This document shows positions 36,302-46,845 of a DNA stretch of 64,000 nt, one piece after another; position 1 is the first letter of the stretch; each line of letters starts with the position of its first letter. This stretch comes from Crocinitomicaceae bacterium (lineage in GTDB: Bacteria > Bacteroidota > Bacteroidia > Flavobacteriales_D > Crocinitomicaceae). The translations under genes were made by a program, and so were the position numbers. The notes below the pieces were generated by a model. The model saw only the letters and a program-made list of their open reading frames with translations. It was not told where the DNA came from and did no database searches. The stretch covers positions 90,701 through 154,700 of the forward strand of contig PAQM01000012.1 in the NCBI GenBank assembly GCA_002709305.1. The letters are read 5' to 3'.

Positions 36302-38092
36302 ATGAAAGAAGATAAAATATCATTTGGGAGAATATTTTGGCCAAGCTTTTGGTCAGCTATTATTGTATCTATTATAGGTATAATTATATGGATATTTGTT
36401 TTAGGTGGATTAATTAATATTTTCGATAATTCTGCTGTTTTTGAGATAAAAGAAAATAGTGTATTACATATGACTCTTCAAGGAAAAATTGTCGAAAAAA
36501 GAACAACTTCATTTGATCCTTCAACATTTCAAATTGAAAAAACACTTAGCTTATCTGAAATTATTCATGGTCTTGAAGAAGGAGTTACTGATGATAAAAT
36601 AAAAGGATTATTTATTGAGCTAGATAACGTGTCTTGTGGTTTTGCAACAGCAACTGAATTAAGAAATGCTATCAACGAATTTGAAAAATCAGGTAAATTC
36701 GCAATAGCATACAATAATGGTGAGTTAATAACTCAAACAGAATATTACATTGCATCTGCAGCTAATCAAAATTATGGATTTCCAACATCCTCTTTCTCTT
36801 TTTTAGGTCTAGGTACTGAATTATCTTTTTTTAAAAACACATTCGATAAATTAAATTTAGAAGTTGAAATTATTAGGGGTTCAAATAATGACTTTAAAAG
36901 TGCTGTAGAACCATTCTACAGAGAAAAAATGAGCGATTCATCTCGCCTTCAAATTAATCGATATATTACAAGTCTTTGGTTAGATTATAGAAAATCAATT
37001 GCAAAAGATAGAAAAATTACAATTGAAGAATTAAATGAAATTGCAAATAATTTTCTTATTCAAAATATAAATGATGCCGTTAAGTATAAACTAATTGACA
37101 AAGCAATATATAGAGATGAAGTACTAAAAATAATAGCTAATAAAATTGGTTTAAAAAATTTAGAAAAATTAAATCTACAAGCGTTTAATAAATATGCTAA
37201 AAAACGATTCTACCAAAACCAGACACTCACTAAAATTGATAATCCAAACATTGCTGTTATACTAGCCGAAGGTGCGGTTGAAAAGAATGGGGAAGAATTA
37301 AGTTCCAAAGAAATTTGTGAACTTTTCAAAAAAGTAAGAAAAGAAAAATCAATCAAAACTGTAATATTCAGAATTAATAGCCCAGGTGGATCTGCGCTTG
37401 CTAGTGATGAAATTTGGAGAGAAGTCAAATTGACAAATGAAAAGAAAAAAGTAATAGTATCTATGGGAGATGTTGCTGCATCTGGAGGTTATTATATTGC
37501 TTCCCCTGCATCAACAATATTTGCTAACTCTACAACTATTACAGGCTCTATTGGTGTGTTTGGTATAATTCCATACACTGAAAAAATGCTTAAAAATAAA
37601 TTAGGGATTACATTTGACCGAGAATCAACAAATAATCATTCTGTGATGACAACTAATCGTAAATTAACTAAAAAAGAATTAAGTATAATACAAAAAAGTG
37701 TAGATGACATTTACACAAGATTCAAAGAGGTTGTCTCTGAAGGAAGAAATATATCTAAGGAACAAATTAACAATATTGCTCGTGGAAGGGTATGGACAGG
37801 TAAAGATGCGAAAGATATTGGTTTAGTAGATCAATTAGGTGGATTAAAAGATGCTATTAATTTTGCTGCTGAAAAGGCAAACATAAAAAATAAAAAAGTA
37901 CTTTATTATCCAAATATTGAAGAAGACCCAATAGCTGAATTAATTGAACAGTTTAATGAACAAGAAATTAAAACTAAGAATAATCATTTTGAAGTTCCTG
38001 AATCAATATTAAAATACTATCATGAATTAAAGAAAGTTGAATCTATGCAAGGAATTCAAATGCGTTTACCATACGAAATTAATATTAAATAA
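36302..38092 (+). CDS. sppA: Signal peptide peptidase SppA, 67K type
   Basis: N-terminal TM and two S49 domains; the catalytic region 'VSMGDVAASGGYYIA' holds the Ser nucleophile. Confidence 0.9.
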   Translation: MKEDKISFGRIFWPSFWSAIIVSIIGIIIWIFVLGGLINIFDNSAVFEIKENSVLHMTLQGKIVEKRTTSFDPSTFQIEKTLSLSEIIHGLEEGVTDDKIKGLFIELDNVSCGFATATELRNAINEFEKSGKFAIAYNNGELITQTEYYIASAANQNYGFPTSSFSFLGLGTELSFFKNTFDKLNLEVEIIRGSNNDFKSAVEPFYREKMSDSSRLQINRYITSLWLDYRKSIAKDRKITIEELNEIANNFLIQNINDAVKYKLIDKAIYRDEVLKIIANKIGLKNLEKLNLQAFNKYAKKRFYQNQTLTKIDNPNIAVILAEGAVEKNGEELSSKEICELFKKVRKEKSIKTVIFRINSPGGSALASDEIWREVKLTNEKKKVIVSMGDVAASGGYYIASPASTIFANSTTITGSIGVFGIIPYTEKMLKNKLGITFDRESTNNHSVMTTNRKLTKKELSIIQKSVDDIYTRFKEVVSEGRNISKEQINNIARGRVWTGKDAKDIGLVDQLGGLKDAINFAAEKANIKNKKVLYYPNIEEDPIAELIEQFNEQEIKTKNNHFEVPESILKYYHELKKVESMQGIQMRLPYEINIK

Positions 38093-38141
38093 ATTTTATT
38101 GATTTAAATAAAAAAGTGTTTTAATACTTAAAAAAAGTTTC

Positions 38142-39911
38142 ATGTATTCAATAAGAAATATAGCCATAATTGCACATGTTGATCATGGTAAAACAACCTT
38201 AGTTGATAAAATAATTGAAGAATGTAAGGCACTTGATGATAGAAAAGAAAGAGTAGATTTATTATTAGATAATAATGAGTTAGAAAGAGAGAGAGGTATC
38301 ACTATACTTTCAAAAAATGTATCTGTTAATTATAAAGGAGTAAAAATAAATGTAATTGACACACCTGGACACTCTGATTTTGGTGGAGAAGTAGAACGTG
38401 TATTAAAAATGGCAGATGGAGTATTATTACTTGTAGATGCCTTTGAAGGAGCAATGCCACAGACTCGATTTGTTTTAAGTAAAGCGATTGAACTAGGATT
38501 AAAACCAATTCTTGTAGTTAATAAAGTAGACAAAGAAAATTGTACACCCGATATAGTAGTAGATGAAATTTTTGATTTAATGTTTAATCTAAATGCAAAT
38601 GAAGATCAATTAGATTTTGTTACTCTATTTGGCTCTTCAAAAGAAGGTTGGATGAGCCTTGATTGGAAAAATAGAACAAAGAATATATTACCATTATTGG
38701 ATGCTGTTATTAAAAATATTCCTGAAGCACCATATAATCCGGGGACTCCTCAATTACAAATTACATCACTAGACTATTCAAGGTTTGTCGGGCGTATTGC
38801 CATTGGTCGAATTTTTAGAGGAGAATTAGTAGAAGGTAAAGATTATATGCTATGTAAGAAAGATGGTGTACAAAAAAAAGTACGGATAAAAAAAATAAAT
38901 GTTTTTGAAGGAATGGGTACAGTGCAAGTAAAATCAGTATCTTCTGGTGATATCTGCTCACTAGTAGGTGTTGATGATTTTGAGATAGGAGATACTATTT
39001 CTGATCTTGATAAACCAGAAGCATTACCTAGAATATCTATTGATGAACCTACAATGAGCATGCTTTTTACAATAAACAATTCTCCATTTTTTGGGAAAGA
39101 AGGAAAATACTGTACATCCAGACACTTAAGAGATAGATTATATGGAGAACTTGAAAAAAATCTAGCATTAAGAATTGAAGATGGATCATCGGAAGATAAA
39201 TTTAATGTTTTTGGCAGGGGTATTCTTCATCTTTCGGTTCTCATTGAAACTATGAGAAGAGAAGGTTATGAATTCCAAGTTGGTAAACCTATAGTTTTAT
39301 TCAAAGAAATTGATAATGAAAAGTATGAGCCAATGGAGACATTAGTTATTGATGTCCCTAATGAATTATCAGGTAAAGCAATTGAACTTATAACACAAAG
39401 AAAGGGAGATCTTTTAGTAATGAAAGAAAAGGGAGATTTACAACATTTAGAATTTGATATACCATCAAGAGGGTTAATTGGACTGCGAAATAATATTTTA
39501 ACCGCTACCTCGGGTAATGTTATTATGACCCATAGATTCAGAGAATATGCTCGATATAAGGGAGAAATTGCAGAAAGAAATAAAGGCTCTCTTATTTCCA
39601 AAGAATCAGGAGTATCAACAGCGTTTTCAATTGGAAAACTTCAAGATAGAGGACGATTTTTCATCTCACCTGGAGAAAATATTTACAAAGGGCAAGTTAT
39701 TGGAGAAAACACTCGTGATAATGATTTAGATATTAATGTGATAAAAGGAAAACAATTAACTAATATGAGAAAATCAGGTTCAGATGCTGCAATTCAAATA
39801 TCTCCTAAAGTTGAATTTTCTTTGGAAGAAAATATGGAATACATTCAAGCTGATGAATATTTAGAAATAACACCAGTTTCATTAAGGATGAGAAAAATTA
39901 ATTATAGATAA
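38142..39911 (+). CDS. typA: Translational GTPase TypA/BipA
   Basis: G1 'AHVDHGKTT', G3 'DTPGHSDFGGEV', G4 'NKVD'. EF-G-like domains without domain IV. Confidence 0.95.
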   Translation: MYSIRNIAIIAHVDHGKTTLVDKIIEECKALDDRKERVDLLLDNNELERERGITILSKNVSVNYKGVKINVIDTPGHSDFGGEVERVLKMADGVLLLVDAFEGAMPQTRFVLSKAIELGLKPILVVNKVDKENCTPDIVVDEIFDLMFNLNANEDQLDFVTLFGSSKEGWMSLDWKNRTKNILPLLDAVIKNIPEAPYNPGTPQLQITSLDYSRFVGRIAIGRIFRGELVEGKDYMLCKKDGVQKKVRIKKINVFEGMGTVQVKSVSSGDICSLVGVDDFEIGDTISDLDKPEALPRISIDEPTMSMLFTINNSPFFGKEGKYCTSRHLRDRLYGELEKNLALRIEDGSSEDKFNVFGRGILHLSVLIETMRREGYEFQVGKPIVLFKEIDNEKYEPMETLVIDVPNELSGKAIELITQRKGDLLVMKEKGDLQHLEFDIPSRGLIGLRNNILTATSGNVIMTHRFREYARYKGEIAERNKGSLISKESGVSTAFSIGKLQDRGRFFISPGENIYKGQVIGENTRDNDLDINVIKGKQLTNMRKSGSDAAIQISPKVEFSLEENMEYIQADEYLEITPVSLRMRKINYR

Positions 39912-39921
39912 TATTTAGAAT

Positions 39922-41283
39922 CTATGATTTCTCAGAAGCTAGCTTAACAAAATCATCATAAGACACTTCTTTATTTTTCAATTTAACAGTTTCCTTAAAA
40001 AATGTTGTTAATTTTTCTTCTGATAACATATCATAAATACGATTAGCTTCTTCTTTGTTTTGAAGAACTTGTTGAGCAGACTTCAACAATTCTTTATCTT
40101 CAGGAGCGGGCATTCCATATTGAGAATAATTTTTAATTAATAACCCTTTTGTAAACTCAATAATCTCTTCATGTCCAAACTTAATATCATTTTCTTTAAA
40201 AATATTACCCTGAATAATTTGCCACTTAATTCCTTTAGCATAATTATCATAATCAGCGTCTATTTGTTCATTCGAAATTTCTTTTTCATTTGATAATTTT
40301 ATCCAACGTTTAAGAAAATCATCCGGTAATTTAACTTTCGTTTTTTCAATTAAATTTTCATAAACATTTTTGGTGAATAGACGATTAGAATCAGCTAAAA
40401 ACATTTTCTCTAGATCTGACTTAACACGTTCCTTTAATTCTTCCTCATTGTTAACTAATCCCTTCCCAAATAACTTGTCAAAAAGCTCATTGTTCAATTC
40501 CGCGGGTTGCATTACTTTAATTTCATTAATAGTAATTTGAAAATTCTCTGAAATCTCTTCTAGTTTAGATTGATCAATACCCAACATACTAGCAGTATCA
40601 ACTCCTCCTTTTGAAACAGAATATGGATTAACAATTAACTTATCTCCTACCTTCTTACCAACTATTTGTTTTTTAACTTTTAAGTCTTTAACAAACTCCA
40701 TGGAAATTGTAGATGAATGCATAATCCCACCTTCCTCTATGACATTATTGTCTTTATCTAACTCAACAAATTGAACTAAAATCATATCTTTCTCTCCTAC
40801 AACATCACCAGAAACTAATTTGCCATATCGACGGGATAAATCTTCAATTTGCTGACTAATTAATTTATCATCAACCTTAACTTTAATAAATTCAAATTTA
40901 CTTTTAGAAGAAAGTGGAACTTTAATTTTAGGAGCTAGACCCAATTGATAAACAAATTCAAAATCTTTAGGTTTATCAAAGTCACCTTTAAACCCATCTT
41001 TTTCAACCGGAATAGGATTACCAAGAATTTCTATTTTGTTGTCCAAAATATACTTATTTAATGCCTGACCTACTATTTTATTCAATTCTTCAGACAAAAC
41101 TGATGCACCATATTTTTTTTGAATCATTCCAAAAGGCACTTTACCTGGACGGAAACCAGGTATCTTAGCAGTTTTACAATACTTATTTAATTTCTCTTTT
41201 ACACTTTTTTCATAATCAATAGGATTGATTATAACCTTCAAATTTGAATTTAGAGCATCAATATCTTCTCGTACAACATTCAT
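39922..41283 (-). CDS. tig: Trigger factor
   Basis: N-terminal ribosome-binding 'GFRPGKVP' and a central PPIase-like region. The ATG at 41283 is used because the longer ORF-track start runs into the tRNA gene. Confidence 0.9.
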   Translation of the reverse strand: MNVVREDIDALNSNLKVIINPIDYEKSVKEKLNKYCKTAKIPGFRPGKVPFGMIQKKYGASVLSEELNKIVGQALNKYILDNKIEILGNPIPVEKDGFKGDFDKPKDFEFVYQLGLAPKIKVPLSSKSKFEFIKVKVDDKLISQQIEDLSRRYGKLVSGDVVGEKDMILVQFVELDKDNNVIEEGGIMHSSTISMEFVKDLKVKKQIVGKKVGDKLIVNPYSVSKGGVDTASMLGIDQSKLEEISENFQITINEIKVMQPAELNNELFDKLFGKGLVNNEEELKERVKSDLEKMFLADSNRLFTKNVYENLIEKTKVKLPDDFLKRWIKLSNEKEISNEQIDADYDNYAKGIKWQIIQGNIFKENDIKFGHEEIIEFTKGLLIKNYSQYGMPAPEDKELLKSAQQVLQNKEEANRIYDMLSEEKLTTFFKETVKLKNKEVSYDDFVKLASEKS

Positions 41284-41355
41284 CGCATTTATTATTAAGT
41301 GTTTCTTTTCAAATAAAAAATGGTATAAGGTTGTCTTATACCATCTTTTTAGTAG

Positions 41356-41437
41356 TGCGGATGGAGAGACTCGAACTCTCACACCTCACGGCACTAGATC
41401 CTAAGTCTAGCGTGTCTACCAATTCCACCACATCCGC
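41356..41437 (-). tRNA. tRNA-Leu (anticodon UAG), class II with a long variable arm; no encoded CCA
   Basis: Hand-folded. Acceptor GCGGATG/CATCCGC, D stem GTG/CAC, anticodon stem CTAGA/TCTAG with loop CTTAGGA, 13-nt variable arm, T arm GAGAG-TTCGAGT-CTCTC, discriminator A. Confidence 0.9.
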
Positions 41438-41639
41438 TCAACTATATTTATATTTCAATACGCTTATCTTGATATTATTCAAGATTATTACGTTCAAAAT
41501 GGTGGGCAAAGTTATTGATTTATTTTAAAATCAGAAACCTACATCACTTTTTTTTAAAATTTAAATAAATACGTTAATATCTATTTAAAATTGTGAATAA
41601 AACATTAAAAATCATACTATTACTTTTAAAGAATGAAAG

Positions 41640-41647
41640 TAACTTTG
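41640..41647 (+). promoter_or_regulatory. Candidate -7 promoter element (TAACTTTG) for the flavin reductase gene
   Basis: Exact TAnnTTTG 33 nt upstream of the ATG at 41681. Confidence 0.4.
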
Positions 41648-41680
41648 TAATCCATCTATAAATAGAGAATATTTTGTTTT

Positions 41681-42577
41681 ATGTTTACAATTGATCCAAA
41701 GCAAATACCCGTTCCTAAATTACACCATTATTTATTAGGAGCTATTGGCCCTAGACCTATTGCTTTTGCATCTACAATAGACAAAAATGGCAATAATAAC
41801 CTTGCTCCATTTAGCTTTTTTAATGTTTTTAGTGCCAATCCCCCTATACTTATTTTTTCACCAGCTCGAAGTGGAAGAACAAATAAAACTAAAGACACAT
41901 ATAATAATATTAAAAGCCATCAAGAGGTTGTTATTAATGTCGTAAATTATAATATAGTTCATCAAATGAGCCTTGCAAGCTCACCTTTCCCTTCAGATAT
42001 TAACGAATTCAAAAAAACTGGACTTACCGAACTAGATTCTGAATCTGTTTTACCTAAAAGAGTTGCGGAATCTCCTGTTCAATTTGAATGTAAAGTGATC
42101 GAAATTAAAGAATTAGGAAAAGAAGGAGGAGCAGGAAATCTTATAATTTGTGAAGTTTTAAAAATACATATAAATCAAAACATTCTAAATGAAAATGAAA
42201 TGATTGATCAAAAGAAGATTGATTTAGTTTCTAGGATGGGAGGAAACTGGTACTGTAGAGCAGATAATAATTCAATGTTTGAAATTAAGAAACCTATTAC
42301 TTCAATTGGAATTGGTGTTGATAAAATCCCAAATGATATTTTAAACAGTAAAATTCTTTCTGGAAATGATTTAGGTCAACTTGGAGGTATAGAAGAATTA
42401 CCTAATGAGAATGATGTTAATGATTTTAAACTTATAGAATTAAGTGACTTATTTGTAACTTTGGAAGATGACCCAAATAAATTAGAAGAAGAACTCCACA
42501 AACAAGCAAAAGAACTTTTATTAGAAAATAAATTAAAAGAAGCATGGATGACACTTCTCGCATTCAATAATGGATAA
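41681..42577 (+). CDS. Flavin reductase-like (FMN-binding split-barrel) protein with a ~100-aa C-terminal extension
   Basis: 'GPRPIAFASTIDKNGNNNLAPFSFFNVFSANPP' is typical of the flavin reductase domain family. Confidence 0.75.
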   Translation: MFTIDPKQIPVPKLHHYLLGAIGPRPIAFASTIDKNGNNNLAPFSFFNVFSANPPILIFSPARSGRTNKTKDTYNNIKSHQEVVINVVNYNIVHQMSLASSPFPSDINEFKKTGLTELDSESVLPKRVAESPVQFECKVIEIKELGKEGGAGNLIICEVLKIHINQNILNENEMIDQKKIDLVSRMGGNWYCRADNNSMFEIKKPITSIGIGVDKIPNDILNSKILSGNDLGQLGGIEELPNENDVNDFKLIELSDLFVTLEDDPNKLEEELHKQAKELLLENKLKEAWMTLLAFNNG

Positions 42578-42606
42578 AGTATAAATTAATATAATAGAAA
42601 AAGTAT

Positions 42607-42984
42607 ATGTTTAAATTAACAGGATCAATAAAAGTAATTAAAGACACAGTTCAAATATCAGAGAAATTTGCAAAAAGAGAATTTGTTGTTAGCGATACAT
42701 CTAATATGTATCCCCAAGATATTCTATTCCAATTAGTTCAAGATAAATGCTCTATTCTAGATCAATATAGTGAAAATGATCAAGTTGAAGTTTCTTTCAA
42801 CTTAAGAGGACGTGAGTGGACTTCCCCTCAAGGTGAAGTGAAATATTTCAACACATTAGATGCTTGGAGAATTGAAAAAGTTGGTCAAGGAATACCACAA
42901 AGTGGTCCTTCAGAAATGAATTTAGATTCTAAGCCAACAGGAACTACCGAGAGTGATGAAAGTGATGATGATTTACCTTTCTAA
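42607..42984 (+). CDS. DUF3127-like small OB-fold-type protein with an SSB-like acidic C-terminal tip
   Basis: 'KREFVV......YPQDILFQL..DKC...D.....D.VEVSFNLRGREW' pattern (DUF3127, from memory). Disordered tail ending in DDDLPF. Confidence 0.7.
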   Translation: MFKLTGSIKVIKDTVQISEKFAKREFVVSDTSNMYPQDILFQLVQDKCSILDQYSENDQVEVSFNLRGREWTSPQGEVKYFNTLDAWRIEKVGQGIPQSGPSEMNLDSKPTGTTESDESDDDLPF

Positions 42985-43066
42985 TTTATAGATATAGAAA
43001 AATTAAATTCTAAATAGCTTTTTTCAAAATAAATAAACTTATTTATTTAATCAAGATTATGACTCT

Positions 43067-43612
43067 TTATTCCATTTGAGACAGAGCCATTACTTGCCCC
43101 ATAACTTCCGGGCAATCTATCATTGCTTTTAAGGTTATTTTTTCGCCTTCTTCATCTGAAATTAAATCAATCCATTCACACCCATCTGGTGTATCATCTA
43201 TATTCGGATTCTCAAGAGCTAACTCCATACATTCACACATTGATAAATCTTCTATTATAGAGTCACTTTCTGTTTCCAATGAATCAGATATATCATTTTG
43301 CTCATATGCTTCAATCGCTGATAAAAAGTTTTCATCAACAATATTCCATTTAAAAGTATCACCATCATAAATAACCTCTATATCAACTTTAAAACTTTCT
43401 CCCTCAGCATCAAATTCTAAAATACCTGAATACTCATTCCCGCTCTTATTAGCAAGTAATAAATCTGTTATCTTAAATTCATCAAATATATTTGCCTCTT
43501 CCCAAGACTCCTTAATATTCTGTTGAACTTCTTTCGCTAATTGATTAGTTGACATCGAACATGATGTAAATAAAAATGTTGTAAATAAAAAAAGTGGCAC
43601 AAAAAGTTTCAT
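43067..43612 (-). CDS. Acidic lipoprotein of unknown function
   Basis: Lipobox 'FLFTSC|SMS'. Very acidic mature protein with 4 further Cys. Confidence 0.7.
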   Translation of the reverse strand: MKLFVPLFLFTTFLFTSCSMSTNQLAKEVQQNIKESWEEANIFDEFKITDLLLANKSGNEYSGILEFDAEGESFKVDIEVIYDGDTFKWNIVDENFLSAIEAYEQNDISDSLETESDSIIEDLSMCECMELALENPNIDDTPDGCEWIDLISDEEGEKITLKAMIDCPEVMGQVMALSQME

Positions 43613-43742
43613 AATTTTTGGTTTTTGATAAATGTAATAATATTAAATAAAAATTTAATTAAATATTAATTAAAAAAAGAACAATAAAACATGAATATTT
43701 ATCAGTTATAATTTCTCTATTTTTTTTATATAAATTTATATT

Positions 43743-44303
43743 ATGCTTAAAGATAAAATTATTTTAGGTATTGACCCTGGAACAACAATTATGGGATATG
43801 GGATTATTCATTTAAAAAATAATAAGATGAGTATGATAAATTTTGGTATTATCAAACTATCAAAAATCTCATCACATCCTGATAAATTAAAACGAATTTA
43901 TGATCGACTAGATGGTATAATAAAGGAATATAAACCTGATGAAATGGCTATTGAAGCTCCTTTTTTTGGTAAGAATGTTCAATCAATGTTAAAACTAGGA
44001 AGAGCTCAAGGTGTATGCATCGCAGTGGCACTAGCCAATAATGTTCCTTTTGAGGAATATACCCCCAGAAGAATTAAACAAGCAATAACTGGAAAAGGTT
44101 CAGCTTCAAAAGAACAAGTTGCAAGTATGTTAAAGAATATGCTCAATTTTAAAGAAATACCAAAACATTTAGACGCAACAGATGGTTTAGCTGTTGCAAT
44201 TTGTCATCATTTTTCAAAAGGAATAGGTGAACATAACAAATTGAATAAATCAAGTTGGGAATCATTTATAAAAAATAATCCTAAAAGAAACATAACAAAA
44301 TAA
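43743..44303 (+). CDS. ruvC: Crossover junction endodeoxyribonuclease RuvC
   Basis: 'ILGIDPGTTIMGYGII' and 'MAIEAPFFGKNVQSMLKLGRAQG' with RNase H-fold catalytic acidic residues. Confidence 0.9.
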   Translation: MLKDKIILGIDPGTTIMGYGIIHLKNNKMSMINFGIIKLSKISSHPDKLKRIYDRLDGIIKEYKPDEMAIEAPFFGKNVQSMLKLGRAQGVCIAVALANNVPFEEYTPRRIKQAITGKGSASKEQVASMLKNMLNFKEIPKHLDATDGLAVAICHHFSKGIGEHNKLNKSSWESFIKNNPKRNITK

Positions 44304-44311
44304 CTTTGATT

Positions 44312-44686
44312 TTATAATGAATCAAGAGTCTCTTTATTTTCTATACTTAATTCACCCAATTCTCTATTATAATCATCTAAAATTTTATCATGAATTCCTT
44401 TCAATAAATCCTGGTGAGTAGCATAATATTCTAAAGATTCTTCAAATTGTTCTTTCGTAATATTAAAGCTTCTCATTAATGAATCACCTGAATTAATCAT
44501 CACCATATTATATTGAGCTACAGAATTATATTCACCTTGAATATAACATTCAAGTTTATTTAATTCATTCATTACCTTAGCCATCTTATCACTAGGAATT
44601 AAATTATTAGGCTTAACCTTACCTTCAATACTATCAGAACATGAAAAAATAAAACCAATAAAAAATATAATAAAAAAATATCTCAT
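44312..44686 (-). CDS. DUF4296-like lipoprotein
   Basis: Lipobox 'GFIFSC|SDS'. 124 aa, helical. The start overlaps the pyrC stop by 1 nt (TAATG). Confidence 0.65.
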   Translation of the reverse strand: MRYFFIIFFIGFIFSCSDSIEGKVKPNNLIPSDKMAKVMNELNKLECYIQGEYNSVAQYNMVMINSGDSLMRSFNITKEQFEESLEYYATHQDLLKGIHDKILDDYNRELGELSIENKETLDSL

Positions 44687-46026
44687 TATCTATCAAATAA
44701 TAAACGTTGACCATTTGTACCTTCAACTATTAATCCATTGTCATAAACGAGGTTTCCATTTACATATGTAGAATGAATAATATTATCAAATTCAATACCC
44801 TCAAAAGGAGACCAACCACACTTATACAATATATTTTCTTTAGTAACAATATTTGACTGATCTGGATCTATAACAACAAGGTCTGCATAATATCCCTCAC
44901 GTATATATCCTCTATTATCAATCTGAAATAAAATTGAAGGTGCATGAGCCATTTTTTCAACAACACGCTCTATCGAAATCATTCCTTCTTTGACCTTCTG
45001 TAACATAGCAACTAAAGCATGTTGGACCAATGGACCTCCAGATGGTGACTTAAAATACGATTGTGATTTTTCTTCTATTGAATGAGGAGCATGATCTGTT
45101 GCGATAACATCAATTTTATTATCTAAAACAGCCTGAAAAATAGCATCTCTGTCAGATTTTTTCTTGACTGCTGGGTTCCATTTAATGAATACACCTCTTT
45201 GAGAATAATTTTCTTGAGTAAACCACAGATGATGAATACAAGCCTCTGCTGTAATTCTCTTTTCAAATAGAGAAATATCATTATCAAATAATTCCAGCTC
45301 TTTAGCCGTTGATATATGTAAAATATGTAATCTAGTTCCATATTTTTTCGCTAAACCAACAGCCATAGAAGAAGATGCATAACAAGCTTCTACACTTCTT
45401 ATATTGGGATGCTCGTTAATAGGAACATTCTCACCATATTTTGCTTTAGCATCTATTATATTATTACGAATAATTTGTTCGTCTTCACAATGTGTAGCAA
45501 TAAGCATAGAAACACGAGAGAATAAATTATTCAAAGTTTTTTCATTGTCTACTAACATATTTCCGGTTGAAGAGCCCATAAAAATTTTAATTCCACAAAC
45601 ATTATTTTCATTAGTCTTTAATACCTCTTCAACATTCTCATTTGAAGCCCCCATAAAGAAAGAATAGTTAGCTATAGATTGTTTTGAAGCAATGTCATAT
45701 TTATCTTGAAGCAATTCTTGAGTTAGCACATTTGGAATTGTATTTGGCATTTCCATAAACGAAGTAATACCACCAGCAACAGCAGCTCTAGATTCAGAAT
45801 AAATATCACCCTTATGTGTTAAACCCGGTTCTCTAAAATGAACTTGATCGTCAATACACCCTGGAAGAACTAATTTACCTTCAAGATTGACTACCTTCCA
45901 ATTGTTCTCTGGTGTAATATCTTTTTCTAATTTTTTAATACGTCCATTACTAATCAAAATATCTTGTGATATTTTACAACCTTCATTAACAGTAATTCCA
46001 CCTTTTAATAAAATAATATTACTCAT
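44686..46026 (-). CDS. pyrC: Dihydroorotase (amidohydrolase superfamily)
   Basis: 'PGCIDDQVHFREPG' metal-binding HxH, 'HCED', 'HILHIST', 'ATDHAPH'. The ATG at 46026 forms an ATGA overlap with the upstream GT2 stop. Confidence 0.88.
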   Translation of the reverse strand: MSNIILLKGGITVNEGCKISQDILISNGRIKKLEKDITPENNWKVVNLEGKLVLPGCIDDQVHFREPGLTHKGDIYSESRAAVAGGITSFMEMPNTIPNVLTQELLQDKYDIASKQSIANYSFFMGASNENVEEVLKTNENNVCGIKIFMGSSTGNMLVDNEKTLNNLFSRVSMLIATHCEDEQIIRNNIIDAKAKYGENVPINEHPNIRSVEACYASSSMAVGLAKKYGTRLHILHISTAKELELFDNDISLFEKRITAEACIHHLWFTQENYSQRGVFIKWNPAVKKKSDRDAIFQAVLDNKIDVIATDHAPHSIEEKSQSYFKSPSGGPLVQHALVAMLQKVKEGMISIERVVEKMAHAPSILFQIDNRGYIREGYYADLVVIDPDQSNIVTKENILYKCGWSPFEGIEFDNIIHSTYVNGNLVYDNGLIVEGTNGQRLLFDR

Positions 46027-46733
46027 AATTTCATACGTCTCATTTTCCAAACACCAAAAAATGCTTCCTTAAAAATCCCTATACTCATTTTGGATTCACC
46101 AACTACGCGATCTATAAAAGTTATTGGAACCTCATCAATTTTGAATCCATTTTTCTTAGCTGCATACTTCATATATATTTGAAAAGCATATCCTTTGAAT
46201 GTAACAGCATCCAAATTAATTTTTTCTAAAACTTCTCTTTTATAACATTTAAACCCAGCTGTCGTGTCTTTAACGCCAATCCATAAAATCATCCTAACAT
46301 ATACACTTGCAAAATAAGACATCAAAATTCTTTTTATAGGCCAATTTTTAACCTTACCACCACTAACGTATCTAGAACCAACACTTAAATCAGCACCATC
46401 AATACAAGATTGATATAAACGAATCAAATCTTCAGGATTATGTGAGAAATCACAATCCATTTCAAATATAAAATCATAACTCTTCTCTAGACACCATTTA
46501 AAACCATGCACATATGCTGTCCCAAGGCCTAATTTACCTACTCTAACTTCTAAATGAATACTGTCGGGGAATTTTTTTTGCATAGTTCTTATAACATTAG
46601 CTGTTCCATCAGGAGAAGAGTCATCTACAAATAAAATATGAACTTTTTTGTCTAAAGACATAACCTTTTGAACCATTTTCTCAATGTTATCTCTTTCATT
46701 AAATGTTGGTATAATTACTATAGAATCGGACAC
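46023..46733 (-). CDS. GT2 polyprenol-phosphate mannosyl/glycosyl-transferase (Dpm1-like)
   Basis: 'VIIPTFNERDNI', 'FVDDSSPDGT', 'MDCDFSHNPED', 'GSRY' GT-A motifs. Confidence 0.85.
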   Translation of the reverse strand: MSDSIVIIPTFNERDNIEKMVQKVMSLDKKVHILFVDDSSPDGTANVIRTMQKKFPDSIHLEVRVGKLGLGTAYVHGFKWCLEKSYDFIFEMDCDFSHNPEDLIRLYQSCIDGADLSVGSRYVSGGKVKNWPIKRILMSYFASVYVRMILWIGVKDTTAGFKCYKREVLEKINLDAVTFKGYAFQIYMKYAAKKNGFKIDEVPITFIDRVVGESKMSIGIFKEAFFGVWKMRRMKL

Positions 46734-46845
46734 TTATTTATTTTAAAAGAGACTAAAATAAGTATTATTAAGCAATCATATCAAACTTATAATTAAATCA
46801 ACCCAATCTTTTATCTTTACAACAACTTTTTTATGAATTCTATAA

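Noticed and set aside
39922-41382. The ORF-track version of trigger factor starts at 41382 (MRVRVSPSALL...).
   Set aside because: The extra 33 codons overlap the tRNA-Leu gene (41356-41437) on the same strand. The ATG at 41283 gives a normal trigger-factor N-terminus.
41244-41528. A 94-aa plus-strand ORF.
   Set aside because: It runs antisense across the tRNA-Leu gene and the tig start. It is a low-complexity AT-rich translation with no motif, so I treat it as spurious.
41438-41680. A 243-nt gap between tRNA-Leu and the flavin reductase gene, examined for an ncRNA or small ORF.
   Set aside because: I found only a 5-bp palindrome (CTTGA-N6-TCAAG) and one -7 promoter motif. I could identify no conserved-looking structure or ORF without comparative data.
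43027-43048. An AT-only hairpin (AAATAAATAA / TTATTTATTT) between the convergent genes 42607-42984 and 43067-43612, considered as a bidirectional terminator.
   Set aside because: The stem has no G-C pairs and a minimal loop, so it is too weak and too likely by chance in AT-rich DNA to call.
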